Assembly: GCA_051362555.1 (NCBI GenBank)
Contig: CM120645.1
Location: 2,852,001-2,916,000, forward strand
Origin: Lingula anatina
Lineage: Eukaryota > Animalia > Brachiopoda
Reading direction: 5' to 3'
DNA length: 64,000 nucleotides
Below, piece by piece: positions 50,501-64,000 of this stretch; the first letter of the stretch is position 1; each line of letters begins with the position of its first letter. The notes beneath the pieces were generated by a model that searched no databases, had not been told where the DNA came from, and worked only from the letters and a program-made list of their open reading frames with translations. Position numbers and translations under genes: made by a program.

Positions 50501-53500
50501 TCCCCATACTGTTAATAACTAGTGACATTACAAGTGATGGGTCAAAATATCCAACACCCAGTGGTGCTTTGCTGTGCTGCAGGTAAAAACACAAGCATGT
50601 TTTGTTTGGAGTTTTGTTTTTCTATGACACTAATAAGTTATAACGAAGGTAACTTTTAAAAATATAACAAAAAATTGAGAACATTTTGTTCATTTTTCAT
50701 TTTCTAAGGTGAATAGCCTTTACTGATAAGGTTACATTGGGTAATAATATGATACATTAGCCTGGTCTAAGAGCATGTGTATGTTTGCTCATTCTGAATG
50801 GGATGTTCAATTTTAATAGTGATCAGCCAACCAGAAGCGAGGAAATTGATCCGTCATTTCCCAGCAGATTGTTAGCTACTGAGTTATGTACTTAGCGTGA
50901 TATGAAAGATGACACTCTATATGTCTGTAATCTGCTCTGTTGTATCTTTAACTGGAAAAGTTGGTAGGACTGCTTTCAAAATCGGGAATTTTATTTTCAG
51001 TGGGCTAAATGGAGTTTTTTTTTCTGAGTGAAACTGAGATCTGTTTTGAAGTTTGATTGTTGATGATTGAGCTTGTTTAGGTGTTTTGTTTTCACATAGA
51101 AATCGTCCCTCTTTAAAAAAAGGCAAAGTTGTAACTGTGAGTTTAGACTTCATTTAATGTGTTAGCTCAATAATGAAAGCCAATATATCTTTTTTTCTTG
51201 TCTGGGAAGTTAAATTGGCAGGTGAATAATGGAACTTTTCTCAAAATAGAAAAGTGATTGTCTGCTTGCAATTCATTTCATCATATCAAATATATCTTAA
51301 TGATTACATTATTGCAGCTTTTATAACTGAGAATTCCCAGTTGGATTTAAAATTTGATTAATTTCACAGTTTTATTTTGTGATAATGATGAATTTTTAGT
51401 AATAGTTGGGAGGATAATTATAATGGTGTAAATGCATCATAGAATGTTTTAAGAAATATATGAAATATAAATGTTAGATTCAATCATGAAAATATCTGCA
51501 ATAAAAAAATCAAAACCTGGTTTCATTTGCTGGATTTGTACAAGATAGAAATCTTTATACAAATACAGAAGCATTGGGACTTCCATCTTCCAATATATCT
51601 CATTCCTGGGATTTCATTCTCTGGAGTATTCCATTATCGGAGCCAAAAAGCCAGCAGGATGAATATTCTAGTGTTGAAGATAATCCAATAATCACACCTA
51701 CATTGTAACAGAAGAGAAGAAAAAATGAAAGCGAAACAACTATCTCCAACAGCCATCGCGCTGGCCCTGTTCACATTGATTTCTCGTTCTGCATTTTGTT
51801 CTGAAACCAGTTTTGATCTTGCTCATGTTTCTGCCATTATCATTATGGAAGGTACCCTGTTAATCCAAGTGTAGGGCAAGGTTGTGAGATTTTCTGTAAT
51901 TCATCAGAAGTTGTTCTCTTGTCCATATGCCTTGTCCCTGTGTGGATTTACAGAGCCTTGAATTACCTCTGGTATAACAAATCATTGCCAACATGGTATA
52001 GATTGTTTTCAACAAAAGATTGCCCAGTAGTAATGAAGTAATGCTAATCGGAGCAGATTTCTGCATGGGGTAATGCAACACCATCAGGACGGAGCTTTGA
52101 ACTTTGTATATTGTAATGAAATCAATATGACTTTCAACATCCCTACACCATGAAAACAATGGGACAGACCGAAGTAGGGGAAAACTGTGTGAATTGGTCC
52201 GACTTTGATTCCTAGTCCCTTTGCAGATGTCACAAATATTATGGATGTAAATTACAACACTGCTGTCAATTAAAGTGGGTTATCGTGGCGAGGCAGAGGA
52301 AACACATTAGGGAGTGAAAGAGTCTGGAGAATTTTTTATTTTCATTGGGAAATGCCAACTGTTGAGGGTAATGGTAATTGCAGTAGAACTGGCAGAGTTG
52401 GAATTATTTCATCGGTAGTCGTATTTGAACAGGTTTACAATCAGACATCGTCAGTCTGGCAGATTTAGAATTATTTCATCCTTAGTCAGATTAAATTGGG
52501 GTATTTGTAATCCGTCGTCGTAGACTATTTGGTCATGCCAAAGTTTGTCCTTTCAACGCAGGATAATGATTGTTTGTATGTTGTTGTTGTCTTTTATCTC
52601 AAGTTTGTCAGGTTGGTGGTTGAACAATGTAAACTTGGGTATTTGTCTTCAGGTGATTAATGTCCTGGTGCACACCATGTGAGTGACCACAACGCGGACA
52701 ATCGGCCAATCACTGGAGATTGTGCTGTGGAAAACGTCAAGCTTGAAAGTGACAATAAAATCAAGCAGTTTTGAATTGTGCATGCCAATATTTGTTTCCT
52801 GATTCTCTCTTTCACTATTTTATCAAAACTATGTCAATTTTTAAAACTCTGTTGTTGACTTGAATTATTGCACCAATTAATATTGATTTATTCGGTGGAT
52901 CAATTTTCAAAGGTGCTCAGCTGCTCACTGTAACAAGCAATAACTAGGAATTGATAAAAATATGAATAAATGCAAGCAGAAATGGAAATGATATCTTTGA
53001 AGATATCACTTCCCAGTTGTTTACATGCAAGTCTGATTTCCCTGGTGCTGAGAAGTTGTATTGTCTGCTGGCAGTCGGTTCCCAGTGCCTGATGGCATGA
53101 ATATGGATGTGTCTGCTTCAATGTTTCAGGGAATTTCTCCTAGTGAATTGATCCATCTTGAACTGAATGGTTTTTCTTGCAGTCTGTAGATTTAAACTAA
53201 TAAGTGTTGGTCTTGTTGTTGTTTTTTCTTGGGGTAATAATACACAGATGCAAGTAAAACAGAAAGGCTTATTCGTTTTGCGAATTAAAGGCTGAATGTG
53301 TGAATAATATGTGATAAATTGCCATTCCCTCCTCTACATCTTGTACCATCCTGGGAACTGAATGCAGGCAGCTGTGCCCGTTACCTTTAACATATGCGTG
53401 CATGCAGATTTGTTATGACCAAGCACACAAATAAGTCAAAATGTGTTTATAGTATGTAATTGATTTCTTTTTAGATGGTGTTGGAGACTTTAATTCTTAC

Positions 53501-53752
53501 AGAAAATTGCTGCAAGTTTATCATATTGGTGACCGTGTCAACTAGCTGACCAAACTAGACATTGTAAATCCACCATATTTGAAAACTTGACCAAGCTAAC
53601 AGCCTTTAATTGTTCCTTTACAGGTTGTCGTTGAGTCAAAGGCGTTGGCTGACAAGTACGAAAACCTGACCATAGAGGCGGGCAGCCCCATCAGTCCTGA
53701 CCTCAGGTTTGACAGACAACTGAAACACCTCTATGTCATGACAGAAAGAAAG
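47556..53752 (+). CDS. Plexin (class A/B-like), 5' part: signal peptide plus Sema domain; the gene continues beyond the window
   Basis: Exons 47556-48701 (acceptor at 47537), 49021-49209 and 53624-53752, all phase 0. Signal peptide MEAILPYFATIFILCNFVFVAKA. Sema motifs VYLAGKNKLYKL, LILCTNLYQGLCEKRSL, FAYFITVQ, KLARICEKDVHFFSYAEVPLVC, SAVCVYPM, TVAFLGTSTGHLLKV, HLYVMTERK. The large first coding exon is typical of plexins. No PSI-domain exon was seen before 64000. Confidence 0.92.
51958..52100. repeat. Dispersed repeat fragment (first copy at ~37792-37942)
   Basis: Same shared blocks as the 37792 copy. Confidence 0.65.
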
Positions 53753-55642
53753 GTAGGTGGCAGTGTTTTCAAGATGAGCCACGATGCTTTGAAATTGATC
53801 ACATTATAGCCCAGTAAAAAAAGCTCATTGCTGGAGCAGAGTCATAAAAAACTGCTCTGCCTCTATCCTATTAGGAATGAACAGGTCTCTTAGGTTTTAT
53901 ATTGGATAATGCCAATAGACAGTCAGGGGCTTCTCACTGAAGTGCTCATTGGAGCCATGTGCTCTCTGGGTGTTTATTAATGGATAAACACACCATGGTT
54001 GGAACAAGCTGAGAACTTATTGGGGCACCTGGCCATTGATTGCCAATTTGTCTGGACCTGGAATGTTTGGTAATCATCCTAATGCAATCAACACAGGTGT
54101 TATGTTTGACCTTCATGTTCAGGATTATGATGAGTAGTCAAAAGATGAAAATAAGTGTGGAGAGTGAGGTATTCCATTCACAATATTGCCCTACCTATGC
54201 CCCACACCTCACTTTTGCCATTAAGTTGTGACCTGGAGGTGCCATTTTGTATTCACCATGTGCAGTATTATTTGATTGCTTTGTCACATGCTGTGAACTC
54301 CCTTCAAAGTGCCTAAATGACGTCTCCTCTCAGCTGTTGTAGTGGCGTCATGTTCAGTGGGTTGTGTAAGAAGAGTAACGCAGGTCTCTCTTTAATTAGC
54401 AAAAGTTAATCATTTCCTGAATTTATGACAACATGGCGTGTTGAAATTCATTCCACTATTTATAAGATTTGTGAATGGATTGGGTCCATGAGAATGAGGT
54501 AATTTGTATGTACTTATTAATAAGCAATCACTGAAATCTATATAGGAAGCTCTATAGTTAGTGCAAATAAACATATCTGGAATGTTTGTACAAAATCTGC
54601 TGATTTAAGCACAGAGTATTTGCAACAGGATATGGAGCTTGTTTGTTTTAGTATCTTAGCTCCCGGCTTTTTGGTTGGAGGCGGTCAATTGAGGTTGAGT
54701 GGAAAAATGTTTTTAATTTCTCCAGTTATTTTTTGGTTTTTAAAAAATGCTATAGCATAAAAAGAAAAAAAAAGTTGCTTCTTGCACTCAATAACCTTAA
54801 TGTGTAGTGGATTGAAGTCGGTACCCTGAGCACCGATGTCATTCCCAGCCATAAATCTCCTTGTCTGCAGTCCAGTTCTGATGATTTTTCAACACCTTAC
54901 ACATCAAAATACACAATACAGATGTTATTCTCGCTATGCACATTCTTAAAAAAATATTCAGTGAAACAAGAAAAAAGTCAAAGTCTACACATTGGGTGGA
55001 TAAAATAATCCGTTTTCTTAAAAATACCCATCATCAGCATTTGATGAATAATTTCATTATCCACTACCAAAATGGCATGGTCTTGCCTTTAGCAAGTTTT
55101 AGCTTTTATAGCAGCCGTGTTGTATTCTGTGCAAAAATGCTAGTCGAAAAAAATTCAGTGTAGGAATCCACAGAGAAACTGGTTGGGCTTTTGCTGACCC
55201 ATATATTTATTGTCTGCAGGGTGGTTATCTGTTAAGCTGAGTGATGACATTTAAGTTTGCTGGCACTTTTTATAACCATAGGGTGCTTGATGACTGTCTA
55301 CAAGCGAAGGTGTGAAGTATTTCTGCCTCTCCAGAGTATGATTTTGTGGTTTTTGGCAGAGAAGAAAAAAAAAACACGAGACTGTAGGTCTGGATATGCC
55401 AGTAATTTAACCTTGTCCATGAGAAACATCGTGTGTTGACAAATTTAGCATTTCCTGTGGGTTTGCTTGTAGAATTTGTATTTGTGATGGAGGGTTTGGT
55501 CTTACGGAGAGATGAAGCCTGAGAAATCACATTTGTACAGAGTTACTTGTATTGGAAGGCATTTACGCATCGGCCCAGTGTTGAGGGCTGTTGCTTGAAT
55601 GTGAATAGACGTGTGGATGAATTTGATATGAATTAGTTCACT

Positions 55643-55935
55643 TTTATATTGAAAACACTGTCAGATCTCTGATATCAATTGTGAGTGCTGCAGACACCCT
55701 TATAGTGTCTTATATTAGAAACACTGTCAGTTCTCTTATCGAAATTGTCAGCAGCTCATATATAATATACCAATATATGACCTTCAACCAAAAACACCAC
55801 CAGCGTCCTAATATAAATTGTGAGCACTGCAGACTTCATTATAATGTCTTATATTAGAAATACTGTCAGTTCTGTAGTAGAAAATATGAGCAATACATAT
55901 ACCATCAGCATCCTGACATAAATTGTGAACACTTG
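55643..55935. repeat. Degenerate tandem repeat
   Basis: Three copies of TTATATTrrAAAyACTGTCAG and four AATTGTGAG-like blocks with irregular spacing. Confidence 0.65.
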
Positions 55936-56074
55936 CCTACTCCATTCTGTGGTCTGTGAGTGAGCTGATGTAAGTTAACCATAATAGAACTTCCATTGGG
56001 GTGCCATGCGGACCCAGATAACCTGGAGTGTCACCCCACTTTGCTACACCCCAGGTGACACGTACTCTTCCTCT

Positions 56075-56075
<1 letters not shown>

Positions 56076-56114
<39 letters not shown>
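56076..56114. repeat. (CA)n microsatellite
   Basis: About 19 units. Confidence 0.95.
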
Positions 56115-56119
<5 letters not shown>

Positions 56120-56285
56120 CATATGCATTTACACACAAACAAGTGTGTGCTCGTGCTCATCCATACACACAGCCATACACAAACGTAGCTTCAGGGCCAT
56201 ACATCAAGGAAGATTCATGTTGAATGATGTATTATGAATAGAAAATGCTTGTCACCAAAGAGATAGAGCAATGCAAAAAAGGACA

Positions 56286-57995
56286 CAGTCATGTATTTAA
56301 ATTGACTGCATTATTTTGGGCAGAGGCTTCATGGACTTGTGCCATACAGGACAAATTTTGACATCTGTTCACAATGTTCACTGCCTTTGTACAAGGCTGA
56401 AACATCAGATAAATCTGAACTGAAATGGGATTTCATTATTGCTATAAACGTCCCACTCACCAGACAGGCTGTTTGGCAGCAGGTCCCAAATCCCCACATT
56501 ACTTACAAAACCCTCCAATGGCAACAACCTCGAGTGAATCTGAACTGAAAGGTTATTCCTCCTCATGCCCACTTTGTAATGATGTCTGTGTAATTTGAGG
56601 CAAAATCGTTCCCTTACGCATCATTTGGAAGCGCACTCTGTTATTATGTGCTTATTATCAGATTAATTATCATTCAATTCTTACTGACTCAAATAAAATT
56701 CTATCCTTATTTGATTGTCTGTAATTCATCGCAGAATGGGAGATTAAGGGTTGTACCCTAAATTGATGGTGTGGGTATTTTGCTTTGTGCAGATGGAATT
56801 ATTTTTTGATTAAAGAAAGGGAGTCTTTTTTAACCCAATGAGAGAGTTTTGTACAGTGTTACTCATTCGTTATCTTATCTTATTGGTGTAATAAATTTGC
56901 TGAATCTTTTTTTTTTTAAATAAAATTATTGAATTATAAGACGTGGCATGTATCTTGATTTGATCAGAATAATGTACTTAGGAATAATGAATATAGATGG
57001 ATGTTATTTCAGTAAGGGTAATAGGTAGGTTAAATTATTGGTTATATTTCATTCAGCTATAATTCTCCTTTTATTGGCATAAAAAGAAGGGATTTGGAGG
57101 GGATAAAAAGAATTAGGAAAAAAGCTTTCTAGAGTTCTTATTTCATCAGGTTCACCTGAAATTCTCAGAACTGCTATTTTTTTAAAAGCCACTGAAATAA
57201 AAAAAACGCCTCTTCTTTCCTTTCAAATCTTGTTATCTGCTCCAGTCAGTATCAGCAGTATATGAATTTCTGCATGCAATGTTTTGAAAATTGCCTTTAG
57301 GTTAAACTTTTGGCCCTTTATGAAAATGACATTTGAACACAAGGCTCTCTTACACAGAAAAATCTGTCACGTTCTGTGGTAGCATTGATTAGTTGAACAA
57401 GTATTTCGGAGCTCCACCTAGAGTAAACATTACACCTCCATTAACCGCAGTTATGAGTTTATTAACGTCCTCCCTTCCTCACTGCAGCAAAACGGAAGAG
57501 AGCACTAAATTATCATGAAATAAAACACAACTTGGATTTACATCCGATAAAGAGTTGATATAAATCACTTGTTGCTTGACACATTAAAACAGTTGGATGT
57601 ATTGGCACATGATTCTTTCTTAAATTTTATCGTTTATTTCTCACTGTTTTCATAACAATCTGTAACAATAAGCAATCTCATATTTGCCACATTCTCTGTC
57701 CTTGGAGAGTATTTAGAGCTCTGTCAGGCCTTTTTATGAATCTGATGAGTAGGATAAATGGTATTTTAAATGAAGAATATTAGACTGTTTAAAGTGTTGT
57801 GAAATTTTGTGTTGAGAGGGTGAAACTGAAAAAAAATGCTTGATAGAATAAAGAACATTCAGTGCAGATAAATCTGATGTTTCTGCGTAGTACCGAGCCA
57901 GTGAACATTGTGAACAGGTGTAAAAAATGTCCTGCATAGCACAAGTCCACAAGGTCTCTGCCCAACATAATGCAGTCAACTTATATACATGACTG
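56286..57995. mobile_element. Pair of ~140-bp diverged inverted repeats (56286-56425 and 57858-57995), possibly the ends of an old DNA transposon
   Basis: CAGTCATGTAT..TTGACTGCATTAT..GGGCAGAG..GGACTTGTGC..CTGTTCACAATGTTCACTG..GAAACATCAGAT is mirrored on the opposite strand 1.4 kb away. No TSD was seen. Confidence 0.6.
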
Positions 57996-58485
57996 CTGGA
58001 GTCTCTATTTTAGCAAGATATTACTGTTATGCCATTGATGTTTGGTTGCCTGGCAAACCTGACTTGAAAGCAACAGGTGTGAATCTGACAGCCATCACAA
58101 TGCTGGTTTGGGGCCCTGAATCACGCTACAATATCGGAAGTATGGATTTCAAATGCTTGATCACTTTCTCTGCTACATTTTGGCACCTTGTGTCTTGCAT
58201 GAGGGAGAATTATGTGGAGTGGTTTGATGGTTGCATGAAAAAAAAATGAGCTGATTTTTTTGTTATCTCACTAGATTAACTGGGGCACATGCTTGGCAAA
58301 TACCAGAGACACATCAAAGCAGGTATCTGTAACATTGTGCGTGTATTCTCTGATCATTTTTGCCAGAGAGCAAGGTTTTTTGCCGTTTCATTTTGCAGAC
58401 TCATTCAAGGTATGCAACAGAAAAAAAGGAGGCGGAACTTGAAATGAGTGATGTGGCATGGATTATGCAATAGGAAATCTGCCTG

Positions 58486-58490
58486 CTCTC

Positions 58491-58540
<50 letters not shown>
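58486..58540. repeat. (CT)n microsatellite
   Basis: About 27 units with one interruption. Confidence 0.95.
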
Positions 58541-58544
<4 letters not shown>

Positions 58545-61500
58545 TCACTGGGTGGAGGTGTTTTCTCTTCACATCATTGAAGACATAACAGATATCATTG
58601 ATTTTTCTGCTATATGGTTTATGGTAATCCCTTGTTTTGTCCAGTGTTGGTTCATGAATACCCCAGCAAGTATTTAGACAGCTTGATGTGTCTCTGCATT
58701 TGATCCCTTCAAGGTGGAAAAGGCTTAAACGCACCCAGTGACCCTAATTTGACTGTCTGAGGGCCTTGAAATTAATTTTTGGAGAGAGGGGGATAAGTGG
58801 GCAAACAGTTTTCTCTCTGTGTTCTTTTATGTCAAAGAATCCTGAAAATTGAGGCTTGCTGACATCTTTATTTTGATATGCTTTGATATCTCTCCCCACC
58901 TCCCCTAAGAAAAAAAGGAGTTTGGCCCTGGTATTTTTATATAAGGGGACGTATGCATTCTGTACTTGCCAGTGGTTAGGTTTTGCCCCTTCTCACTGGA
59001 CTGCCCCGTGTCCAGAAGTCACCATTAAATAACTCTGACCTTGAGGGGGGTATTAAGAGCAGGGCATTAAGGTCGAGGTATTAAGTCTGAATATTTGTGA
59101 CTTAACTCAGATCCTAGAAGAATGGGTTTAAGTTTGCCCAGGTGGAAAATCATTATGATAAGATATACTTCATAGCCCATTAAGACATGGAAAGTTATTG
59201 TCCGGTCTTCACATGAGTGTTCACAGTAGGTCCAATTAAACCGAACCTTTTTTTTTTTTTCAGTCTTAATTATGATTTTTGTCTTGATTGATTTGTGATC
59301 AAGTAGGATCCATTATGTATTTCTCCTTGAACTGTTTCTAGTCTTCCTGTTGAGTTGATTATGTTGGGAGTTCTGCTGTGGGGCTTTTGATTTGATTGCA
59401 ATATGACCTCCTGAACAATTTGGGATCAAGTCATTTGCACCATCAGAATCTAGTGTGAACATGGCACTTTAAGTCCCCCCAGACCTGATGACCACCTGTT
59501 TGTTTGGCTATTTGTCCAGCAGCTTTTTTGATTGTTTGGCTTAAGACCACAGAACAGGAAAACACCCAGGAGAAATATTTAATCACAAAATCAGCATCCT
59601 CAGATTAAATTTTACAAGGTATCATAGAATGCATTATAGGCGTGCCATTGTATTGGGCAATTTTTTTCTGCACCTGCCAAATCGTTTAATCCCAAAATCA
59701 CCATCAAGTGTAATTATCTGAAAATATTTTGAGAAAACATTAGAACGATAAAGAAGATAATTTCAAAATCATTATCAGAAGTCGTTTCAGGAAGATTTCA
59801 GAAAATGGCTTATAGATGAGGTCGCATAGTTGTAGCAATTATTTCTGTCATGTCTACAAGGGTTTAAAAAAAAGAGACACAGAACCTATTTAGAAAACTG
59901 ATCCAATCCACCCAACCTGAGGAATTTCATCATACGAGGCTTATTAAAAAACCATCCACCATGTTAAAGGAATCCCATCTTTCTAATTTGTTTTTTTCTC
60001 CCTTCTCATTCTTCGTATGCATCTTTGACAACTGCAGAAAATGAAATAGCCTTGGAAAAAGATGGATGTTCAAGCACAGGACAAATTATCTCTGGACTCG
60101 TGCTTACTTAACAATGGTGCCAGTGTTTTAATGCTCCAGGCCCAGAGCATTTCCCGACTCATTTTGGAGTCAATTCCGCCTTGTTCCTAGATGCTATCTC
60201 CTCACCTGAGCATGCTCCAATCTCATTTTAATGCCCCACACTGTTAAAGGAGCAATAAGGCTGACGATAAGAGCCGATCACAAAGTTTGTCAAGTAGTTT
60301 AATATATTTTTCTGCCATCTCAGACACAACATGTTATTAAAGGGTCTTTGAAGAGGGGTGGACGGGTGCAGAGAGAGAGGGACTGGAATGTGGGGAGATT
60401 AGCATTGTTGTGGACCTCGACTACAGTATGTTTGTAATAACCCTCAAGCATGTTTCTGGCTTCCTAAAATTAATTTGGGTGATTCTGTCTGAAACTAGAG
60501 AGCAGTCAGACAAGGAATTCAGCCCTCTACAATGACAAAATTGAAATGATAATGATTTTTTTTTTTTAATATTTGGGAAAAAACATTAAGAGACCCAGAA
60601 TTAGTTGAAATTGTGTTTAATTCTCTCCCTTCTGGATGACTGCCTAATTTTCATCAACATTTGTGAAGAGCTTTTTTGAGATACTTTGTCTCCAAACTTT
60701 TACCTGCTTTGTTTGTGGAGGTGATGATATTATTTAATGGTATTAATGTGAAATTTTTGTTAGCCAATAATTACTAAGTGGAATGCTTTCAAAAACCCCT
60801 TCTTACCTTTCATCTTGTCTGTTATGATGGAGATAAAAAGACTGAGGGGCATGGAATATAATTTTTTAGCATAACATGAATAAAGATGATAAACAGTTTT
60901 TCAAAATTTGACCTCATTATTACTGTTTTTAAGGCATTCATATGACAAATATACTCCTGCATCTTTGTGAAGTGGCTTTCGTGCAATTTCGGTCAGGAAC
61001 ACGCAAATCAGAAACACAAATTTGAACATTAGTATGAATTTTATTGGCTTGAATTTGACATTTTATGGTTTGTGGTCTATATTTCATTTTAAAGGGGAAA
61101 ATGAACATCAAAAGGGAGTATCTGTGAGAAGCGTTTTGATCATTTATGATAACATAAATATATGATGATTCAGCATTTTTGAGATATGATCTTTATGCAG
61201 AGGTAGTTGGGCTTAATTTAAGAAGAAGGAGAGTATTTAATCAATGCTAATCATGACCCCCATTTTGTGGTATCTGTCACAAAGTCCCAGAACCACAAAG
61301 ATGAAGTACTGATGGAGAGATATGTTTCATAATTCATGTGTAGAAGACAACTGGGAACATTGTATTCTAATGTTACCTTCATCTGTTTTCAATTAGCATT
61401 AATTTCTTTTTAAATATTAAAATGCTTATTTGCATAGAAAAGTGCTTCAGAAAAACCATCTCTTGGACATTTTTATTGGTAAGATTTGTGGTAGCCTTAA

Positions 61501-62462
61501 AGCATAATCCTCGTTAATTTTTTAAAAAAATGTGCCTCTTATGTTTAATTGTATTGAAGGATTCAGTCTGTCTCACTTTGTAGTGTAATAACAATGACAA
61601 CTATGTCCCCTACACTGTCACCATTGTAGCGCTTTCTTCACTCAGATTAAAAGGATCTGTCAGCGACAATTACTTTTTGCACCAAAATATGGGACAATTT
61701 TCCTCCCGTAGGGGGGATCTCTTCTTAATGATTCACAGTACAAAAGCCCCGTGCTCTTCTCTGCATCGCCCCAAATATCTTAATAGCCACAAAAGACCCT
61801 TTCAATTCCTTTTTTCACCCGCTGGCTAAATTTGCGGTCAGCAAAATCCTGTTTCACACCGTTTCATCAGTCCATTGTGTTGACTTCCGCACAGGTATTA
61901 ATGTGGTACGACACTACAAATAATGGTTTAGAAAGATACGCACCACCTCAGTGAAATGACTGGGGTGGGTTTGAAGAGGGGGACAAAACATGTTAGAAAT
62001 GAAGTTTTATGACTCGAAGTTGCATTTTCTTTTGTTGTCGGCTGTGCCATACCTTGTCGAGTTTCCGGTGTGTTTAAATAGTATTATTGTAAGCTGATGG
62101 GGATAAAGTTGTCTAGACATGATATTAGTGTCATCATTACACATGTTGAGGGCTTTTTTGTACATAAATTAGGCCCTGAGTGTGTATTTTTGTTATGTTT
62201 TTCAAGTTGTTGCAGTATTGATAATTTTTATACACATATACATTGTGTTTTCTTGTACAACTTAGCATAAATATTTGTTGTAGTTTGGTTTATGACTAGG
62301 TTTGAGATAGTTGAAATAGTGACTTGACGTTACTTTATAGCATTTGATGTCGTGATTAAGGGAAAAGTGTTTGAATTTCTGGAAAGCAAACCCCTTCTAT
62401 TTTTCACCTGCATTCCAATACCACACCTTCTTCATGTACTCATATTTATCTCTTCAAGAAAG

Positions 62463-62464
<2 letters not shown>

Positions 62465-62535
<71 letters not shown>
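62465..62535. repeat. Compound (CT)n(CA)n microsatellite
   Basis: Seen directly in the sequence. Confidence 0.95.
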
Positions 62536-62538
<3 letters not shown>

Positions 62539-62880
62539 TTGTCTATGTGTACCAACCGAGGACATCAGCACAACACCATACAACCGAGGACATCTTATTC
62601 CTTGGTTAAATCAAAATAAAAACATTCAATTTAGGGTAAAATCTATTTGAGTATGAATGTTATAAATTAATTTTTTATAAAAACTAATTTTTTGCTGACA
62701 AGAATTTTACATTCTAACCGAGGACACACACGGACACACACACGGACAGACACTACACATTACAACCGAGGACATGCATGCATCTACATGTAATAATGAT
62801 TGTACTTTTAATGCAAAGCAAATTTTATATAGCGTTACTTTGCAGCAATTCACATTTTTATGAAATTCTTTCATATTTAA

Positions 62881-63218
62881 AGGGATAATAACTCTTCGTA
62901 TGAGATCTATATTTCACAATAAAAACATTGTGAATAACTCATAGAAATGTAATATATTCTGTTTTACCACAAAAACGGCAATTATAGCTATTTTTTCTGA
63001 TATCTGAGCTTGTCTTTAGACCACGTGACCTCCATTGATGGCTATACTGTGTTAAAATCTCTTAAGAGATTTTAACAAAAAACCAAACTTTTTAGAAAAA
63101 AACCAGGGACTAACTCTGAATGTAAAAATGGATTCATTTACCATTGGTAAGTATGGGAAAATTGTTGTTTACTCCAGGAAAATTCATTTTTTGGCCGAAA
63201 CGAAGAGTTATTATACCT
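62881..63218. mobile_element. Kolobok-type MITE (338 bp)
   Basis: TTAA on both flanks (62877-62880, 63219-63222). 19-bp TIR AGGGATAATAACTCTTCGT / ACGAAGAGTTATTATACCT with 1 mismatch. AG..CT termini with a TTAA TSD fit Kolobok. Confidence 0.82.
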
Positions 63219-64000
63219 TTAAGGTAAATTCCAAAATAACACCAGAGGTGATGATTAAATGAACAGTTATACAATATTTAATGCTGGGCTTTGCCACTTT
63301 TTTAGAATTGAAGATTATGAGATAAAACATCAATTAATTTAGGAAAAGAAAGGATACTGATGAAATAAAATAAAAGACCAAAGAAATTCGTTTTCAAACA
63401 TTTTATTTTCATAATGCTTATTTTCTATTTAGCACTCTTTTATTATCATGAATTTTGTATTTTGATAACACAAAGTGTCGTCCATTGGATACAGACTTGA
63501 ACAGTACACGATCTTACAATTGAGGACATCATGCCAGCAGCACCCAAAATTGTGCTTTCTTCCAATTTGATGCAATATTATATAATGCTTAACAGCATAA
63601 TGATCATCAATTTTTTATAATAAAATATTAGCATCATGAATATTCAGAAAATGTGACTAGCAAAGGTTTTCAGGTTCATGGAACTCCAAAGTCATACTTT
63701 GAAAATGCTAAATGTATACAAGAGAGCACTGTACTGAAATGGGTTTCTTTCCATTTTTAACTTTTTTACATAAAATAATACAGTTTACTGCCATTTCACA
63801 TGATCAACTAAGAAAATTGTTGAGATGGCAAAAATATCAATATAACAAGTTTAAATGTCCAATTTCCTCCATTCCGAACATTGTGAATGATTGAATCTGA
63901 CAAACTACAATGATACGAGTTCATTTCCATTTTGGCACTTTTTTTACACAATACAAGATAACAGGTTTACCACCATTTTTATATAATCAACTAGCAATAT

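Noticed and set aside
53753-64000. Further plexin exons (PSI domain) or nested genes
   Set aside because: No splice-bounded frame with the expected C..CxxC..DPxCGWC pattern was found by eye, and the ORFs here are microsatellite- or repeat-derived.

Overview
AT-rich, intron-rich animal genomic DNA. A mollusc-like lophotrochozoan is inferred from the Helentron/HINE satellite type and the defensin-like gene. The first ~21.5 kb is a tandem duplication of a two-gene cassette on the + strand. The first gene is a 12-coding-exon, 944-aa RBR (RING1-IBR-RING2) E3 ubiquitin ligase with an Ariadne-like helical C-terminus and a ~546-aa N-terminus I do not recognise. The second is a small secreted Cys-rich, CS-alpha-beta-defensin-like peptide gene. 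Both ligase copies have intact splice models with identical exon lengths, but copy A has Arg in place of the catalytic His of RING2 (GGCSRM versus GGCPHM). The duplication junction (9345/9346) cuts through the peptide gene, so copy A is a chimeric 6-Cys ORF and copy B is an intact 92-aa, 10-Cys precursor missed by the ORF track. The rest of the window is the 5' part of a plexin gene: two candidate non-coding first exons and three Sema-domain coding exons. Non-autonomous DNA transposons are scattered throughout, including PIF/Harbinger MITEs (one a near-perfect 245-bp palindrome), a Kolobok-type MITE and a Helentron HINE carrying a 146-bp satellite. All gene models were built by eye from GT-AG sites and phase consistency; no database searches were run.
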